From the NCBI GenBank assembly GCA_964497315.1, contig CAZCCH010000002.1, positions 17,519 to 81,518 on the forward strand: a DNA stretch of 64,000 nucleotides, read 5' to 3'. Each line of letters opens with the position of its first letter. Position 1 is the stretch's first letter. The notes under the pieces were generated by a model. That model had not been told where the DNA came from and searched no databases. It was given only the letters and a program-made list of their open reading frames with translations. This DNA comes from an uncultured Planctomycetia bacterium (GTDB lineage: Bacteria > Omnitrophota > Gorgyraeia > Taenaricolales > CAZCCH01). Shown here one piece after another: positions 26,131 to 35,807 of this stretch. The position numbers were made by a program, and so were the translations under genes.

Positions 26131-27894
26131 CTAGGTCTTTCTCCCCTGGAATTTTTTCACTAATATGCTATATTTATTCACCAATACTGAAATTGTCTTT
26201 TCATCTTTTGTGTTTTGAGCCAAGCTGATCTCTTTTTGCAATTCTCGCAATTTTCTATTCATGTTGGTCTTTTCTATTGCCTTTATACAATCATCTAGGG
26301 TCTTTTTTCTATCTGAAGCCCCAACCATCTTTGTGCATATCTCAGGGACAATCTGACATAGAGATTCATCTTCTAAATTCGCTATCAGTTTACCTGGGCT
26401 AATTGAATCTGTCTTTTTTGATAATGTAAAAATTGCCTCTAGCAAAACCTTAAAATCTTCATCTTCGATTTCTGATATTTTGAGTTCTGATTTTGCATAT
26501 GCGATGAGTCGATTGTCTTCTAATAAGAGTCCTATGATCATCTGTTTAGCTACATCGAGGTTTGCCTGTTTGGATTCAAAAGAACTTTCTAAACCAGTAT
26601 ATGAATAGTCAGGCTTAACCTTCTTTAGCTCTGTCCACAAAGCAGTTTCATTTAGCTTCAAGTTTTCAGCCAGCCTTTTTATATATTCTGATTTTAAAAT
26701 GGCATTTGGTACTTTTGCAATAGTGGGTAACATCTCAGCTGTAACCTTGGTTTTACCCTCTGGGGTGTTGAGGTCGAACCTTGAAATCAAGAGGTCAAAC
26801 TTGTAGTCAAAAAGTGTTTTCGCCCTATCTACTACTTGCAAAAATTGTTCTGGGCCTTTTTCTTTAACAAAGGTATCTGGATCATGGCCCTTAGGTAAAC
26901 TTACAACTTTAACGCTTAAACCTTCGGTTAATGCAATATCCAAACCTCGTAAAGTCGCTCGTTCACCTGCCTGGTCAGCATCAAAAACCATTGCTATATT
27001 CTTTGAATACCTCTTTAATAACCTTACATGTTCAATCGTCAAGGCAGTACCTAGTGAGGCTACTACATTTTTGATGTCAGATTGGTAAAGTGCCAGAAAA
27101 TCAAGGTAGCCTTCTACAATAATTACTAAATCTTTTTGTTTTATATGGTCTTTTGCAAAGTTCAGTCCATATAAATGACGCCCCTTACTAAAAACCTTAG
27201 TCTCTGGGGAATTCACATATTTAGGTAAAGATTTATCCAATACCCTTGCCCCAAAACCTATCACAGAACCCTTTGCATTAAATATTGGAAATACTATCCT
27301 ATTACGAAATCTATCGTAATGTGTACCATCTCTTCCTGGTAAAATAAGCCCTGCTTTCTCAAGGGCATTTCGTTTAGTACCATTCTTTGTAGCATGTGAC
27401 AAGAAGGCATCCCAGGAATTGGGTGCATACCCTATCTTTAATTCTGCTACGGTTTCTTCTTTTACTCCCCTTTGCTTTAAATACTGCAAGGCCTTCTTAC
27501 CGTATTCCATTTTAAGCAAACCATAATGGTAAAACCCTGATGCCGTCTGGTTCGCAGAGTAGATATTTGTCACCTCTGATTGCGAAGAGTCAAAAGAGGT
27601 GCTTTTTCTTGGTATTTCCACACCTGCCTTTTGAGCCAAAAGCTCCGCTGCCTCTGTAAATTCTAATCTTTCATATTTCATCAAAAAGTTAAAGGCATTC
27701 CCACCCATACCGCATCCAAAACAATGGTAAATCTGTTTATCAGGACTAACAACAAAAGAAGGGGTCTTCTCATTATGAAAAGGACAACGTGCCTTAAAGT
27801 TTCTTCCGGCACGTTTTAAGGGGATATAGCTTGAGATTATCTCAACTATATCAGTCCTATCTAAAATTTCATCAAGTGTTGTTTGTGGAATCAT
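26131..27894 (-). CDS. dnaG: DNA primase
   Basis: 587 aa. N-terminal CHC2 zinc finger (CPFHNEKTPSFVV...CFGCG), a TOPRIM domain (IIVEGYLD...DADQAG) and a C-terminal helicase-interaction region. It is immediately upstream of rpoD, the classic macromolecular-synthesis operon arrangement. Confidence 0.9.
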   Translation of the reverse strand: MIPQTTLDEILDRTDIVEIISSYIPLKRAGRNFKARCPFHNEKTPSFVVSPDKQIYHCFGCGMGGNAFNFLMKYERLEFTEAAELLAQKAGVEIPRKSTSFDSSQSEVTNIYSANQTASGFYHYGLLKMEYGKKALQYLKQRGVKEETVAELKIGYAPNSWDAFLSHATKNGTKRNALEKAGLILPGRDGTHYDRFRNRIVFPIFNAKGSVIGFGARVLDKSLPKYVNSPETKVFSKGRHLYGLNFAKDHIKQKDLVIIVEGYLDFLALYQSDIKNVVASLGTALTIEHVRLLKRYSKNIAMVFDADQAGERATLRGLDIALTEGLSVKVVSLPKGHDPDTFVKEKGPEQFLQVVDRAKTLFDYKFDLLISRFDLNTPEGKTKVTAEMLPTIAKVPNAILKSEYIKRLAENLKLNETALWTELKKVKPDYSYTGLESSFESKQANLDVAKQMIIGLLLEDNRLIAYAKSELKISEIEDEDFKVLLEAIFTLSKKTDSISPGKLIANLEDESLCQIVPEICTKMVGASDRKKTLDDCIKAIEKTNMNRKLRELQKEISLAQNTKDEKTISVLVNKYSILVKKFQGRKT

Positions 27895-28850
27895 TTCTTC
27901 CTTCTTACCCTATTAAAACCTGAACAGGTAATAATATCCAAAGTTGTCTTTTTTTGCAGTTGGTCTAAAAATAAATTTAACCCAAGCGCATCACTTGAGA
28001 TATGACCTGCTATCACAACATTAATATGCTCTCTATTAACACTTTTAAAATGACCCTCACTTAAATGCATCGCAACAATTGTATCAATACCTGCCTGGGA
28101 AAGCCTTGCAAATACATCCTTTGAACCTTCAGTGCCTCCGGTCATATCTACAAATATCTTACCTGCCTTATTTTTTTCATTGCCTGCAATAACCTTAGGT
28201 CCTGACTTTTGTAAAATGGCAGATTTATATTCTGGAATTGCCTCTAAGATACGCAGTATATCTCCCACTTTCTTTGGCCTTTTAGTATCCATTAGTTTCT
28301 GAATGTAGTTATTTACAAAATTATCCGTTGGAGTATGCATGCAAATAAGAGGAATCCCCAAAAGTCTAGCTGCATCAACGGGACGCTCGAAATTACCAGG
28401 GGAAACTTTTCTTTCTACCTCTTTTATTCTCTCCTTCATTAAAGACTCTGCTACATCCTTTGTTATGCCGTGTGCTTTTAATACCTCTGTTTGCATATCC
28501 ATAACTTCATAAAACCCTGCCCGTGCCTTGCCAATTGGATGGTGAGATATAATCAAATCTATTTTTTTCCCTGCCTGCTTCAATCTATCTGCTAAAAGAA
28601 TTTCAGAGACCTCTATGTCAATTCCAACCATGCAAGCTTCTATGCGTGTTTGTTTTTTCCCGTGCAAAATCCTAGTGTCGCTATAAGGATTAGTTAAATT
28701 TTCTTTGTCGAAATTTTGTTTTTGTTTCTTTGTGAGTTTTGCGAAAGATTTTCTTTGTTGGTTTAAATATTTTTGGACTCTTTTCTTTCCTCTTGGATCT
28801 TTTTCTATACCTAATCTTATAGCCAATTTATAAATCTCATTTAATGTCAA
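27891..28850 (-). CDS. NIF3 (YqfO/YbgI) family dinuclear metal-centre protein
   Basis: 319 aa with the IISHHP motif and a NIF3 fold. It has a 4-nt overlap with dnaG. NIF3 genes commonly sit upstream of the dnaG-sigA operon in Firmicutes-like arrangements. Confidence 0.7.
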   Translation of the reverse strand: MTLNEIYKLAIRLGIEKDPRGKKRVQKYLNQQRKSFAKLTKKQKQNFDKENLTNPYSDTRILHGKKQTRIEACMVGIDIEVSEILLADRLKQAGKKIDLIISHHPIGKARAGFYEVMDMQTEVLKAHGITKDVAESLMKERIKEVERKVSPGNFERPVDAARLLGIPLICMHTPTDNFVNNYIQKLMDTKRPKKVGDILRILEAIPEYKSAILQKSGPKVIAGNEKNKAGKIFVDMTGGTEGSKDVFARLSQAGIDTIVAMHLSEGHFKSVNREHINVVIAGHISSDALGLNLFLDQLQKKTTLDIITCSGFNRVRRKK

Positions 28851-28929
28851 CGATTACCTCCTTTTGCTTTGAAAACACCTCAAGAAATGCACGGTAAGAT
28901 CTTTTAGGATGAATGAAGTCTAACCAATA

Positions 28930-29427
28930 CTATAAATTGAGACCTTCTGGCTGAATCCTGTTAATTAAAGAATACAGATTTGAAGAAAATTTTACAAAAT
29001 AACGACCTGAAAAAGATTTTAGCTCAATGGACTCTGAAATATATTCAGAGGGTATCTGCTGCAATAAGACAACAATAAAACTTGCTATAATAGCTCCTTT
29101 AAGTAAACCGCAGACTGCTCCACCTATGCTATCAAAATTGGCTGTAAAACTAAGCTGCATTACCTTGCGTGTAAACGAACCCAATACTTTAAATAATGCT
29201 ATACCTAATAGTAATATAACTATAAAACAAACGGCATTTGAGATAGGCTGAGGTATTGAGGTATTAAGTGTTAATATATCACCTAATCGCTCATAATAAT
29301 AAAAAGAGGCAAATCCAGAAACTATCAGGCCTAAAAACCTAAATAGCTCCATGGAAAGGCCTCTTCTAAAACCAATATAACTACTTCTAATCAAAACTAT
29401 TAGGGCGATTAAATCAAACCAATTCAT
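28930..29427 (-). CDS. CvpA family (colicin V production-like) membrane protein
   Basis: 165 aa with four TM segments. The N-terminal pattern WFDLIALIVLIRSSYIGFRRG is typical of CvpA. Confidence 0.65.
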   Translation of the reverse strand: MNWFDLIALIVLIRSSYIGFRRGLSMELFRFLGLIVSGFASFYYYERLGDILTLNTSIPQPISNAVCFIVILLLGIALFKVLGSFTRKVMQLSFTANFDSIGGAVCGLLKGAIIASFIVVLLQQIPSEYISESIELKSFSGRYFVKFSSNLYSLINRIQPEGLNL

Positions 29428-29851
29428 GGACTTTTTAAATTTTTTTAATTACGAAAATCGCCAAGAGTATATCATATAAAATACTATTTGTCAAGGGCAC
29501 CACTAATAAAAAAAGCATACCTTTCATACATAAAGCTGTGCGTTTCTTCGTACTGGGGTATGCCACATTGCAAAAATAAAAAGATGTGGTTTTTTACTTA
29601 GCTAAAGGCGAATCATCAGTTTTACACTGAAGTTTTCGTCTATAGGCCAGTACCCCCATAAGGGCAACTATTAAAACTACTCTAAGTAGACCTATCATGT
29701 TACTACCCTCCTACTTATATAACGCTCGTTTTTGTAAAATATTACATTTTACATTAATAGTATAGCACAAAAAACGCAAAATGTCAAGGTTTGAAAACTT
29801 AATTTTTGTTTAACTAACGTATTATAACTACTTATAAAACATAGAGTTACA

Positions 29852-31774
29852 TTATTCAAATGATATGAGTAATTTTATTTTCTGTTCTGACTGATCTATT
29901 TGTTCTGAAAAGGCAAAAAATGGGGCAGACTCTTCAATGCATTGCAAGGCAAGATCCCCTGCAAGTGTATTATCTTCTTTGATAATTACAGGCTTTTCCT
30001 TTAGGTTTCCATCAGGCTCAATTACAAAAGACAATAATACTTCACCTTTTGTTGTTGAGTCTGAATAGTTTTTTCTCAATGTATGAAAGATCTTTTTCCT
30101 TACAGAAGTACAATAATCCGGTTGCTGTAATTTTGCTAATGTAGATTCTAAAAGCGCCTCCCTTCCTCCTTTGACAGGTGCTTGGGCAGGTGTTTTCTTG
30201 GAAGGCTTCTTTTTATCCTTAGACCTAACAAGGCTACGAATACCTCCATTGATACTAGCTTCTTTTTCAGTTAGAGGAATACCTGTTAAAGATTTATCAC
30301 CAGTTATAACATGTGGTGTAAGAAGTATGACTACTTCCTTTTTTGTCTTTGTGTCATCTATGCTTTGAAACATTTTTCCCAACACTGGTATATTAGATAA
30401 AAAAGGAATTCTTTTGGTAGTTTTGTCTTGTTTATCCTTAATCAATCCTGCGATTATTATGCTATTGCCATCTTTGACTAGGACAGTAGTCTCCGCCTCT
30501 GTAGTTGAAACAACAGGAATTTGATTGCCTTCTGCAGTAGTATAGGGAGTACCTGTAGAGCTAACCTCCGGCCTTATCTTCATTGTAACAAAACCCTCTT
30601 CATTTATTGTTGGGGTAACATAGAGTTTTACACCTACATCAACAAATGTCACCTCTTCAGCTGTGGTGGTGGCCTCGTCGCTGGAGACCACAGACTTTGT
30701 AGCGTAAGGTTCTCTTGTACCTATCAATATCTTTGATTCCTGATTATTTACTGCTGTTATCTTTGGAGCAGACAAAGTATTAACATCGCCTATCGTGCTA
30801 AGCAATTCTAAAAACGCAGAATACTCATCTTCAGCGCCTGCTGTGGTACCGCCAGTCATGGTCCCCACCTTTAACACGCCGCTCTTACTTAAATCCAGGC
30901 TTAACTCTTGCCTGAAACTAACATACTTTGTAACGAAATAATCCCAGTCAATGCCCATCTGGAAGCGATCTGATAAATTGACCTCTAAAATTTTTGCTTC
31001 AATAAGTACCTGTAGATCTTTCTGGTCAATTTCTTTTAGGACACTTGCAATCTCTTCTAATTTTACTGGGGTATCTTTTACTACAATCTTATTTGTACGC
31101 TCATCAATGCTGGCATCTCCTAAGTTTTTGGTAAGCATCTCTGTTACCTTAGACAAAATATCTTCTGCCTTTGAATATTTTAAGGTAAATACCTTTGTTT
31201 GAGTCAATATGTCTATTTGGCTTAAAATCTGTTCCATTTCGGCTATCCTAGAGGGCACATCATCTATCATAATGGTATTTGATGCTTCATCTGCCACTAC
31301 TCTTCCTAAGTCAGTCTTAATTTGGCTAAGGGCCTTGCTGGCATCTACTGCGCTTGCATGTTTAAGTTTTATAATCTTAAGTTGCTTTTTACTATGGAAG
31401 CGTTCCCCATATAAAAGCTCATAGTCTCTATCTGTCATTACGTTTATTATGTTACCCCTTTTTTCATATGCAAGGCTGTTAGCAGCTAGAATAAGCTCTA
31501 AGGCATCCCATACATCCACATCCTTTAAAAATATTGTTACCCGCCCTGTAACATTTCTACCTGCTACTATGTTTAGGCCACTTTTCATAGAGATAATCTT
31601 TAAGACATCCAAGATGTCCATTCCCTTTATATCTAGTGAGATCTTCACTTCTGAAACCGGCCTTGTCTGTTTGGGTAGAGGAATCACCTCTTGAGAAAAG
31701 GCTACATTAGCCATAAAGGTAAATATTACAATGCAAATTGTTATTTTAATATTCCACTTATTCATTTCATCCAC
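29852..31774 (-). CDS. gspD: Type II secretion system secretin (GspD) with a C-terminal TonB-C-like extension
   Basis: 640 aa with a signal peptide and N0/N1-type domains. The secretin C-domain reads GNSIIIAGLIKD...IPFLSNIPVLGKMF...VVILLTPHVI. After a Lys-rich linker the last roughly 110 aa (GEVLLSFVIEPDGNLKEKPVIIKEDNTLAGDLALQCIEESAPFFAF) match the TonB C-terminal domain pattern. Confidence 0.8.
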   Translation of the reverse strand: MDEMNKWNIKITICIVIFTFMANVAFSQEVIPLPKQTRPVSEVKISLDIKGMDILDVLKIISMKSGLNIVAGRNVTGRVTIFLKDVDVWDALELILAANSLAYEKRGNIINVMTDRDYELLYGERFHSKKQLKIIKLKHASAVDASKALSQIKTDLGRVVADEASNTIMIDDVPSRIAEMEQILSQIDILTQTKVFTLKYSKAEDILSKVTEMLTKNLGDASIDERTNKIVVKDTPVKLEEIASVLKEIDQKDLQVLIEAKILEVNLSDRFQMGIDWDYFVTKYVSFRQELSLDLSKSGVLKVGTMTGGTTAGAEDEYSAFLELLSTIGDVNTLSAPKITAVNNQESKILIGTREPYATKSVVSSDEATTTAEEVTFVDVGVKLYVTPTINEEGFVTMKIRPEVSSTGTPYTTAEGNQIPVVSTTEAETTVLVKDGNSIIIAGLIKDKQDKTTKRIPFLSNIPVLGKMFQSIDDTKTKKEVVILLTPHVITGDKSLTGIPLTEKEASINGGIRSLVRSKDKKKPSKKTPAQAPVKGGREALLESTLAKLQQPDYCTSVRKKIFHTLRKNYSDSTTKGEVLLSFVIEPDGNLKEKPVIIKEDNTLAGDLALQCIEESAPFFAFSEQIDQSEQKIKLLISFE

Positions 31775-31799
31775 CCCCTTGAAAAACTATAAATCTTTT

Positions 31800-32495
31800 T
31801 TATAATGACAAAAATATACTTTGATCCTCAAAGGTAAGTTTAACCCTACCATTTGCTATTTCCTCAACAGTCATATCATTAATGCTATCACCTACTTGTA
31901 AGAAAAAACTCTTATTCGTCTTTGAATCTTCAATTATAGCCTGCTGTGGTTCATCTGTCATAATACCTAGTAGTTTTAAATCTTTAGATAAATCTCCGAT
32001 TTTTATCTTTGGTTCTGTCTTTACTTGCTTGGGTCTTTCTGCAATTAAGGGTTTAAAAAGTTGCCTTGCCTTAATCTGTTCTGAATAATAGCTAAAAGGC
32101 TTCTTCTCTGTTATTAAAGTATCTGTATGTTTAGAGAAATCGGATATTCTCCTTGTTACTAATCCTTCCTGGGTTGTAACCTCCGAAACAGCTGCGAGGT
32201 TTTCCTTTTTAGACTTTGAAAAACGAGCATGGTTTATTGCCAAGCTCAGCAGTGTAATTGCAAACATAATACAGAATGCAACCAATAGTATTTTGTTTGT
32301 AAAAAGATGCCAATCAAAATTTTCTGGGAGTTTTTCAATTCTTGCCGCTTTTTTAGGTGGGCTTTTTTGTTTTTGTTCAGGCTGTGGCTTTGGTTTTGGT
32401 TTAGCAGCTTGGGTTTCTTTAGCCTTGCCTGCAGCTGCCTTTGAACCTTTTATTAATCTCAATAATTTTTCTTCAGGGCTTAAGCTTCTTTCCAT
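31800..32495 (-). CDS. GspB/ExeB-like or PilP/GspC-HR-like secretin-interacting protein
   Basis: 231 aa. Basic Pro/Lys-rich N-terminal region, a single TM segment and a C-terminal beta domain resembling the 62744-63268 product (AII.D...VGD.I.D..V.EI..G.V.L). It lies between the exeA-like gene and the secretin gene. Confidence 0.4.
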   Translation of the reverse strand: MERSLSPEEKLLRLIKGSKAAAGKAKETQAAKPKPKPQPEQKQKSPPKKAARIEKLPENFDWHLFTNKILLVAFCIMFAITLLSLAINHARFSKSKKENLAAVSEVTTQEGLVTRRISDFSKHTDTLITEKKPFSYYSEQIKARQLFKPLIAERPKQVKTEPKIKIGDLSKDLKLLGIMTDEPQQAIIEDSKTNKSFFLQVGDSINDMTVEEIANGRVKLTFEDQSIFLSL

Positions 32496-32516
32496 TTTTG
32501 TATTCTGCCTTTTTGT

Positions 32517-33383
32517 TTAATCTGGTTGGGTCATGACTATGCGTTTATATTGATCTTGATCCCAACCTTGTTTTAACTCTTCTACTATTAAATCTGAAAT
32601 TATCTTCTCATCTACAAAATCCTGTCCTTTCATTACTATTGTCTCAAGGGCATTATGACAAAGTATTGATATCCTGCGCGGATAACCCTGGGTATGTCTG
32701 TATATGAGTTTTACTGCACTCTCTGAGAAAAGTTGCTGACTGCTTCCATAACCTGCCTGGCGCAATCTAAAATTTATCATTTCCTTTGTTTCGTTTTCAT
32801 CTAAAGGATTTATAATATACTTTAGGCTAATTCTATCTACAAAGTTCCTTATCTTTCTAATCCTTGGAAACAGTTCCATCTGAGCCATAAGGACTAACTG
32901 AAGAAGTTTATATTCATTAGTCTCATAGTTAAGTAGGGTCCTTAATGCTTCCAACATAGACGGTTTTAGTTTCTGACCTTCATCAATTAATAACACTATA
33001 GTTTTATTTTCATCAACGCCTTTTTGGAATAGATGCCTTTCTATAGCTTCTTTATAATCTAGGGTTGACCTGTATAAGGGTGTTACCCCAAACATCCTTG
33101 CTAGGCTTGACCAAAATTGGAATTCAGACTTATAGCTGGGATCTAAAATCATATGAAATACAAAATCAGGTTCGCTGTTGAATGCCTGCAGGAGCCTTCT
33201 GGAGAGAGTAGTCTTACCTGTACCAACGTCTCCTAATACAACATTTAAGCCTCTTCTAAGTCTTATTGAGATTTCCAACCTATGGAGTGCGGAATCATGT
33301 CCTGAGGAACGATAGAAAAATTCAGGGTCAGGACTTGTAGAAAAAGGTTCTTTTTCTAGGTTTAATATTTTATAGTAGCTCAT
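32517..33383 (-). CDS. ExeA/GspA-like AAA ATPase, short form lacking the peptidoglycan-binding domain
   Basis: 288 aa with Walker A GDVGTGKTT and Walker B LLIDEGQ. It is in the COG3267 family. Confidence 0.7.
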   Translation of the reverse strand: MSYYKILNLEKEPFSTSPDPEFFYRSSGHDSALHRLEISIRLRRGLNVVLGDVGTGKTTLSRRLLQAFNSEPDFVFHMILDPSYKSEFQFWSSLARMFGVTPLYRSTLDYKEAIERHLFQKGVDENKTIVLLIDEGQKLKPSMLEALRTLLNYETNEYKLLQLVLMAQMELFPRIRKIRNFVDRISLKYIINPLDENETKEMINFRLRQAGYGSSQQLFSESAVKLIYRHTQGYPRRISILCHNALETIVMKGQDFVDEKIISDLIVEELKQGWDQDQYKRIVMTQPD

Positions 33384-33603
33384 TCTTTAAGGTCTCTTTT
33401 ATCTCTTTAATGGATTTCTTCTCCAGTCTTAATTTTCTTATCTTCTTAAGTAATTCCACAGTGGCATCATCAAAATATCTAAAATTAGTCTCATTGCTTC
33501 TTCCGATTTCTTTAATCAAACCTATTTTTAAGTAATACTTTAGTGTATATATAGAGTATCCAGTAAGTCCTGCTAAATCCTTAATTAGATAAATGTTTCG
33601 CAT
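33370..33603 (-). CDS. Mini MerR-family HTH DNA-binding protein
   Basis: 77 aa (IKDLAGLTGYSIYTLKYYLKIGLI is a MerR-type helix-turn-helix). It overlaps the exeA-like start by 14 nt. Confidence 0.55.
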   Translation of the reverse strand: MRNIYLIKDLAGLTGYSIYTLKYYLKIGLIKEIGRSNETNFRYFDDATVELLKKIRKLRLEKKSIKEIKETLKNELL

Positions 33604-33763
33604 AGGCTCTTATTCCTGTACTCTCTAAGTAGATAGTATATAATTATTCTGCTCTCTATGTAGAGAGTGAACTATATTCAAATATAGCAAATTCCTTAGT
33701 AATTGTCAAGTAAAATTTCATAATGAGGTGATTTAAAAGGGGTTAGAAAAATGGAAGGTATTC

Positions 33764-34300
33764 TTAATCAAGGGTAATTTTATTTGCAAGGAGGGTAACT
33801 TTAAGCGAGTCCTTTGTTCCGCTTTTGGCATTTAACTCTAAAAATTCCACTCTAAGTATCTGCTTAGAGTGCTGCAATTTATAAAGAAATTCTACTAGCT
33901 TTTCAATAGAACCCTGAGAATCTATCTCAACTGTATACTTTTTGTAAAAGGCTGACTTTGTCACAGGCAGGGGTTTCATACCAAGAATATGTACATTTGC
34001 TCCTCTTGCGAGGGTTTCGATTTCGCTAAAGAGCTTGGCCATCTGTTCTTCCTGAGAACCCCCCTCTGCTGCCATTATCGCAGAAAGCCCTTGGAATCTT
34101 TGGGTTATCTCCTCTTTCTGTCTTAACAGCCTTAAGCCTTTCTCTAAACTCAATCTTTTTACAGTGACTTCTTTGTTTACCTGTCTCCACTGTGTTATTA
34201 TCGGTTCCAAAATGAAGGCATAAACCAAACTAGTAAACAATAATGCTACAGTACATATAAGTATTAACCGTTCTCTTTTTGAAAGTGTTGGAATCATCAT
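33764..34300 (-). CDS. gspM: T2SS protein GspM / PilO-like
   Basis: 178 aa with an N-terminal TM segment and a coiled-coil region. It sits downstream of gspL in the operon. Confidence 0.55.
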   Translation of the reverse strand: MMIPTLSKRERLILICTVALLFTSLVYAFILEPIITQWRQVNKEVTVKRLSLEKGLRLLRQKEEITQRFQGLSAIMAAEGGSQEEQMAKLFSEIETLARGANVHILGMKPLPVTKSAFYKKYTVEIDSQGSIEKLVEFLYKLQHSKQILRVEFLELNAKSGTKDSLKVTLLANKITLD

Positions 34301-34326
34301 GGTTAATGATCTCTTTGCATGACTTG

Positions 34327-35805
34327 TTATTTAGTCAAAGGGCAATTAATCTGAAAATCAGTAATTTCCTCTGCCTCTACTCTCCTCTTATTGGCATAAC
34401 GCAATTTTACTTTTTGAAAATGTGCTGATTTTTCTAAAATAGTTACAAATTTAAAAACATCTGACATAGTTTTTGAAGCACCCCTTAAGGTAACAGACTT
34501 TCCTTCCTCAAAGCTAAACTTCCCTAATGAAATCTCAGGAGGAACTATTTTATATAATTCAGCTAATATCTCAAGGCATGTCCCTTCTGGCCCTAGTCTA
34601 TGTTCTATCAATTTTACTCTTTCCTGCATTTTCTCTATGCGTTTGGCGACGGGTGCAACCTTTTTTAAACTATCCTTGAGACTTCCAAGTTCTAGTTTTC
34701 TGTAATAAAAACTGCTAAATAAACTGATTAATAAAAAGGTTAAGACTAAACCTGACAATACAGCTGTCCTGATAAATTTTAAACGTAAATCTGCTATTGC
34801 CTTCTTATCTTTTATAGCCTTTGGCAAAAGGTCAATGCTTAAATTATCATCTAAGGCACACCCTAAAGCAAAAGAAAGTGAAAATTCTGATGATTTCAAG
34901 CTATTGCTATCTGTTTGTGCTCTTTGGGAAACAGAAAGATTTTGTAAAGGAGCTAAAATTTCTACAGGCCGGCTGAGTTCCTTTAAAAAGACGTCCTTCA
35001 GTGAGTTAAGAAAAGCATTTGCTCCTGTTAGAAATATCTTTGTTGTGGAGGTATCAGTATCGTGTTGCTTTTCATAAGCAGTTAAAGTCCTTAATACCTC
35101 CTCTTTTAAATCCCTCTGCCAGTTTTCCAATGGTCTATGAGGTCCTACTGATATAGACCTACTCATCACAAGACTGGCTGCCTCAAAAATTCCTATCTCA
35201 CAAGATAGTGAATCTATGTTAAGTAAGACTATTGTTTCGTTTCTTAAGGAAAGTTTTTGTTTTTTTCCAACCTGCATGAACCAATGCCATAAGGTTTCCG
35301 AACTAATCCTTACTGCCTCTGGAATTAAATCTGCATTTTTTAATATCTCAAGATGCCTTGTTACAACATCCTGATGGACCATGACTAATAATAAATCAGA
35401 AAAACCTTTTTCATCTGAGGCTATCATTCTAAAATCTGTTATTATTTCTTCTTTCGGAAAAGGTAATTGTCTGGCTGCCTGGATGTTAATCATGCCTTCT
35501 ATTTCTGACTCTTCTGTGGAGGGTAACTTTAAAAATCTTACAGTAGCTGCATACCTGGGTATAAAGGTAATGCAATAACGAGTATCTATATTATTTTCCT
35601 TTATGAGTTCTTTAAGGATATCGGAAATCTGTTTATCTTGCGAGGTCTTTGTTGCCTCATCTTCTGTTGTGCGTGGTATCTTTTTAACTATAAATCTTTT
35701 TATAACCTTCTGAGTGGAGAAATGTTCTACTTCAATTATCCTTACCCATTCACCTGAGATATCGATACCTGTTACTATTTTTTTTGCACTAATATTAAAA
35801 TTCAC
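34327..35805 (-). CDS. gspL: T2SS protein GspL (PilM-like cytoplasmic actin-fold domain, TM segment, PilN-like periplasmic domain)
   Basis: 492 aa. The N-terminus reads VTGIDISGEWVRIIEV, typical of PilM/GspL. A TM segment lies at about residue 355 (LSGLVLTFLLISLFSSFYY). Confidence 0.7.
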   Translation of the reverse strand: MNFNISAKKIVTGIDISGEWVRIIEVEHFSTQKVIKRFIVKKIPRTTEDEATKTSQDKQISDILKELIKENNIDTRYCITFIPRYAATVRFLKLPSTEESEIEGMINIQAARQLPFPKEEIITDFRMIASDEKGFSDLLLVMVHQDVVTRHLEILKNADLIPEAVRISSETLWHWFMQVGKKQKLSLRNETIVLLNIDSLSCEIGIFEAASLVMSRSISVGPHRPLENWQRDLKEEVLRTLTAYEKQHDTDTSTTKIFLTGANAFLNSLKDVFLKELSRPVEILAPLQNLSVSQRAQTDSNSLKSSEFSLSFALGCALDDNLSIDLLPKAIKDKKAIADLRLKFIRTAVLSGLVLTFLLISLFSSFYYRKLELGSLKDSLKKVAPVAKRIEKMQERVKLIEHRLGPEGTCLEILAELYKIVPPEISLGKFSFEEGKSVTLRGASKTMSDVFKFVTILEKSAHFQKVKLRYANKRRVEAEEITDFQINCPLTK

Positions 35806-35807
35806 TT

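Noticed and set aside
25928-26134. Two Phe/Leu-rich plus-strand ORFs of 61-68 aa near the 5' end of rpoD.
   Set aside because: They are shadow frames opposite the poly-Lys (AAA/AAG-rich) coding stretch of rpoD.
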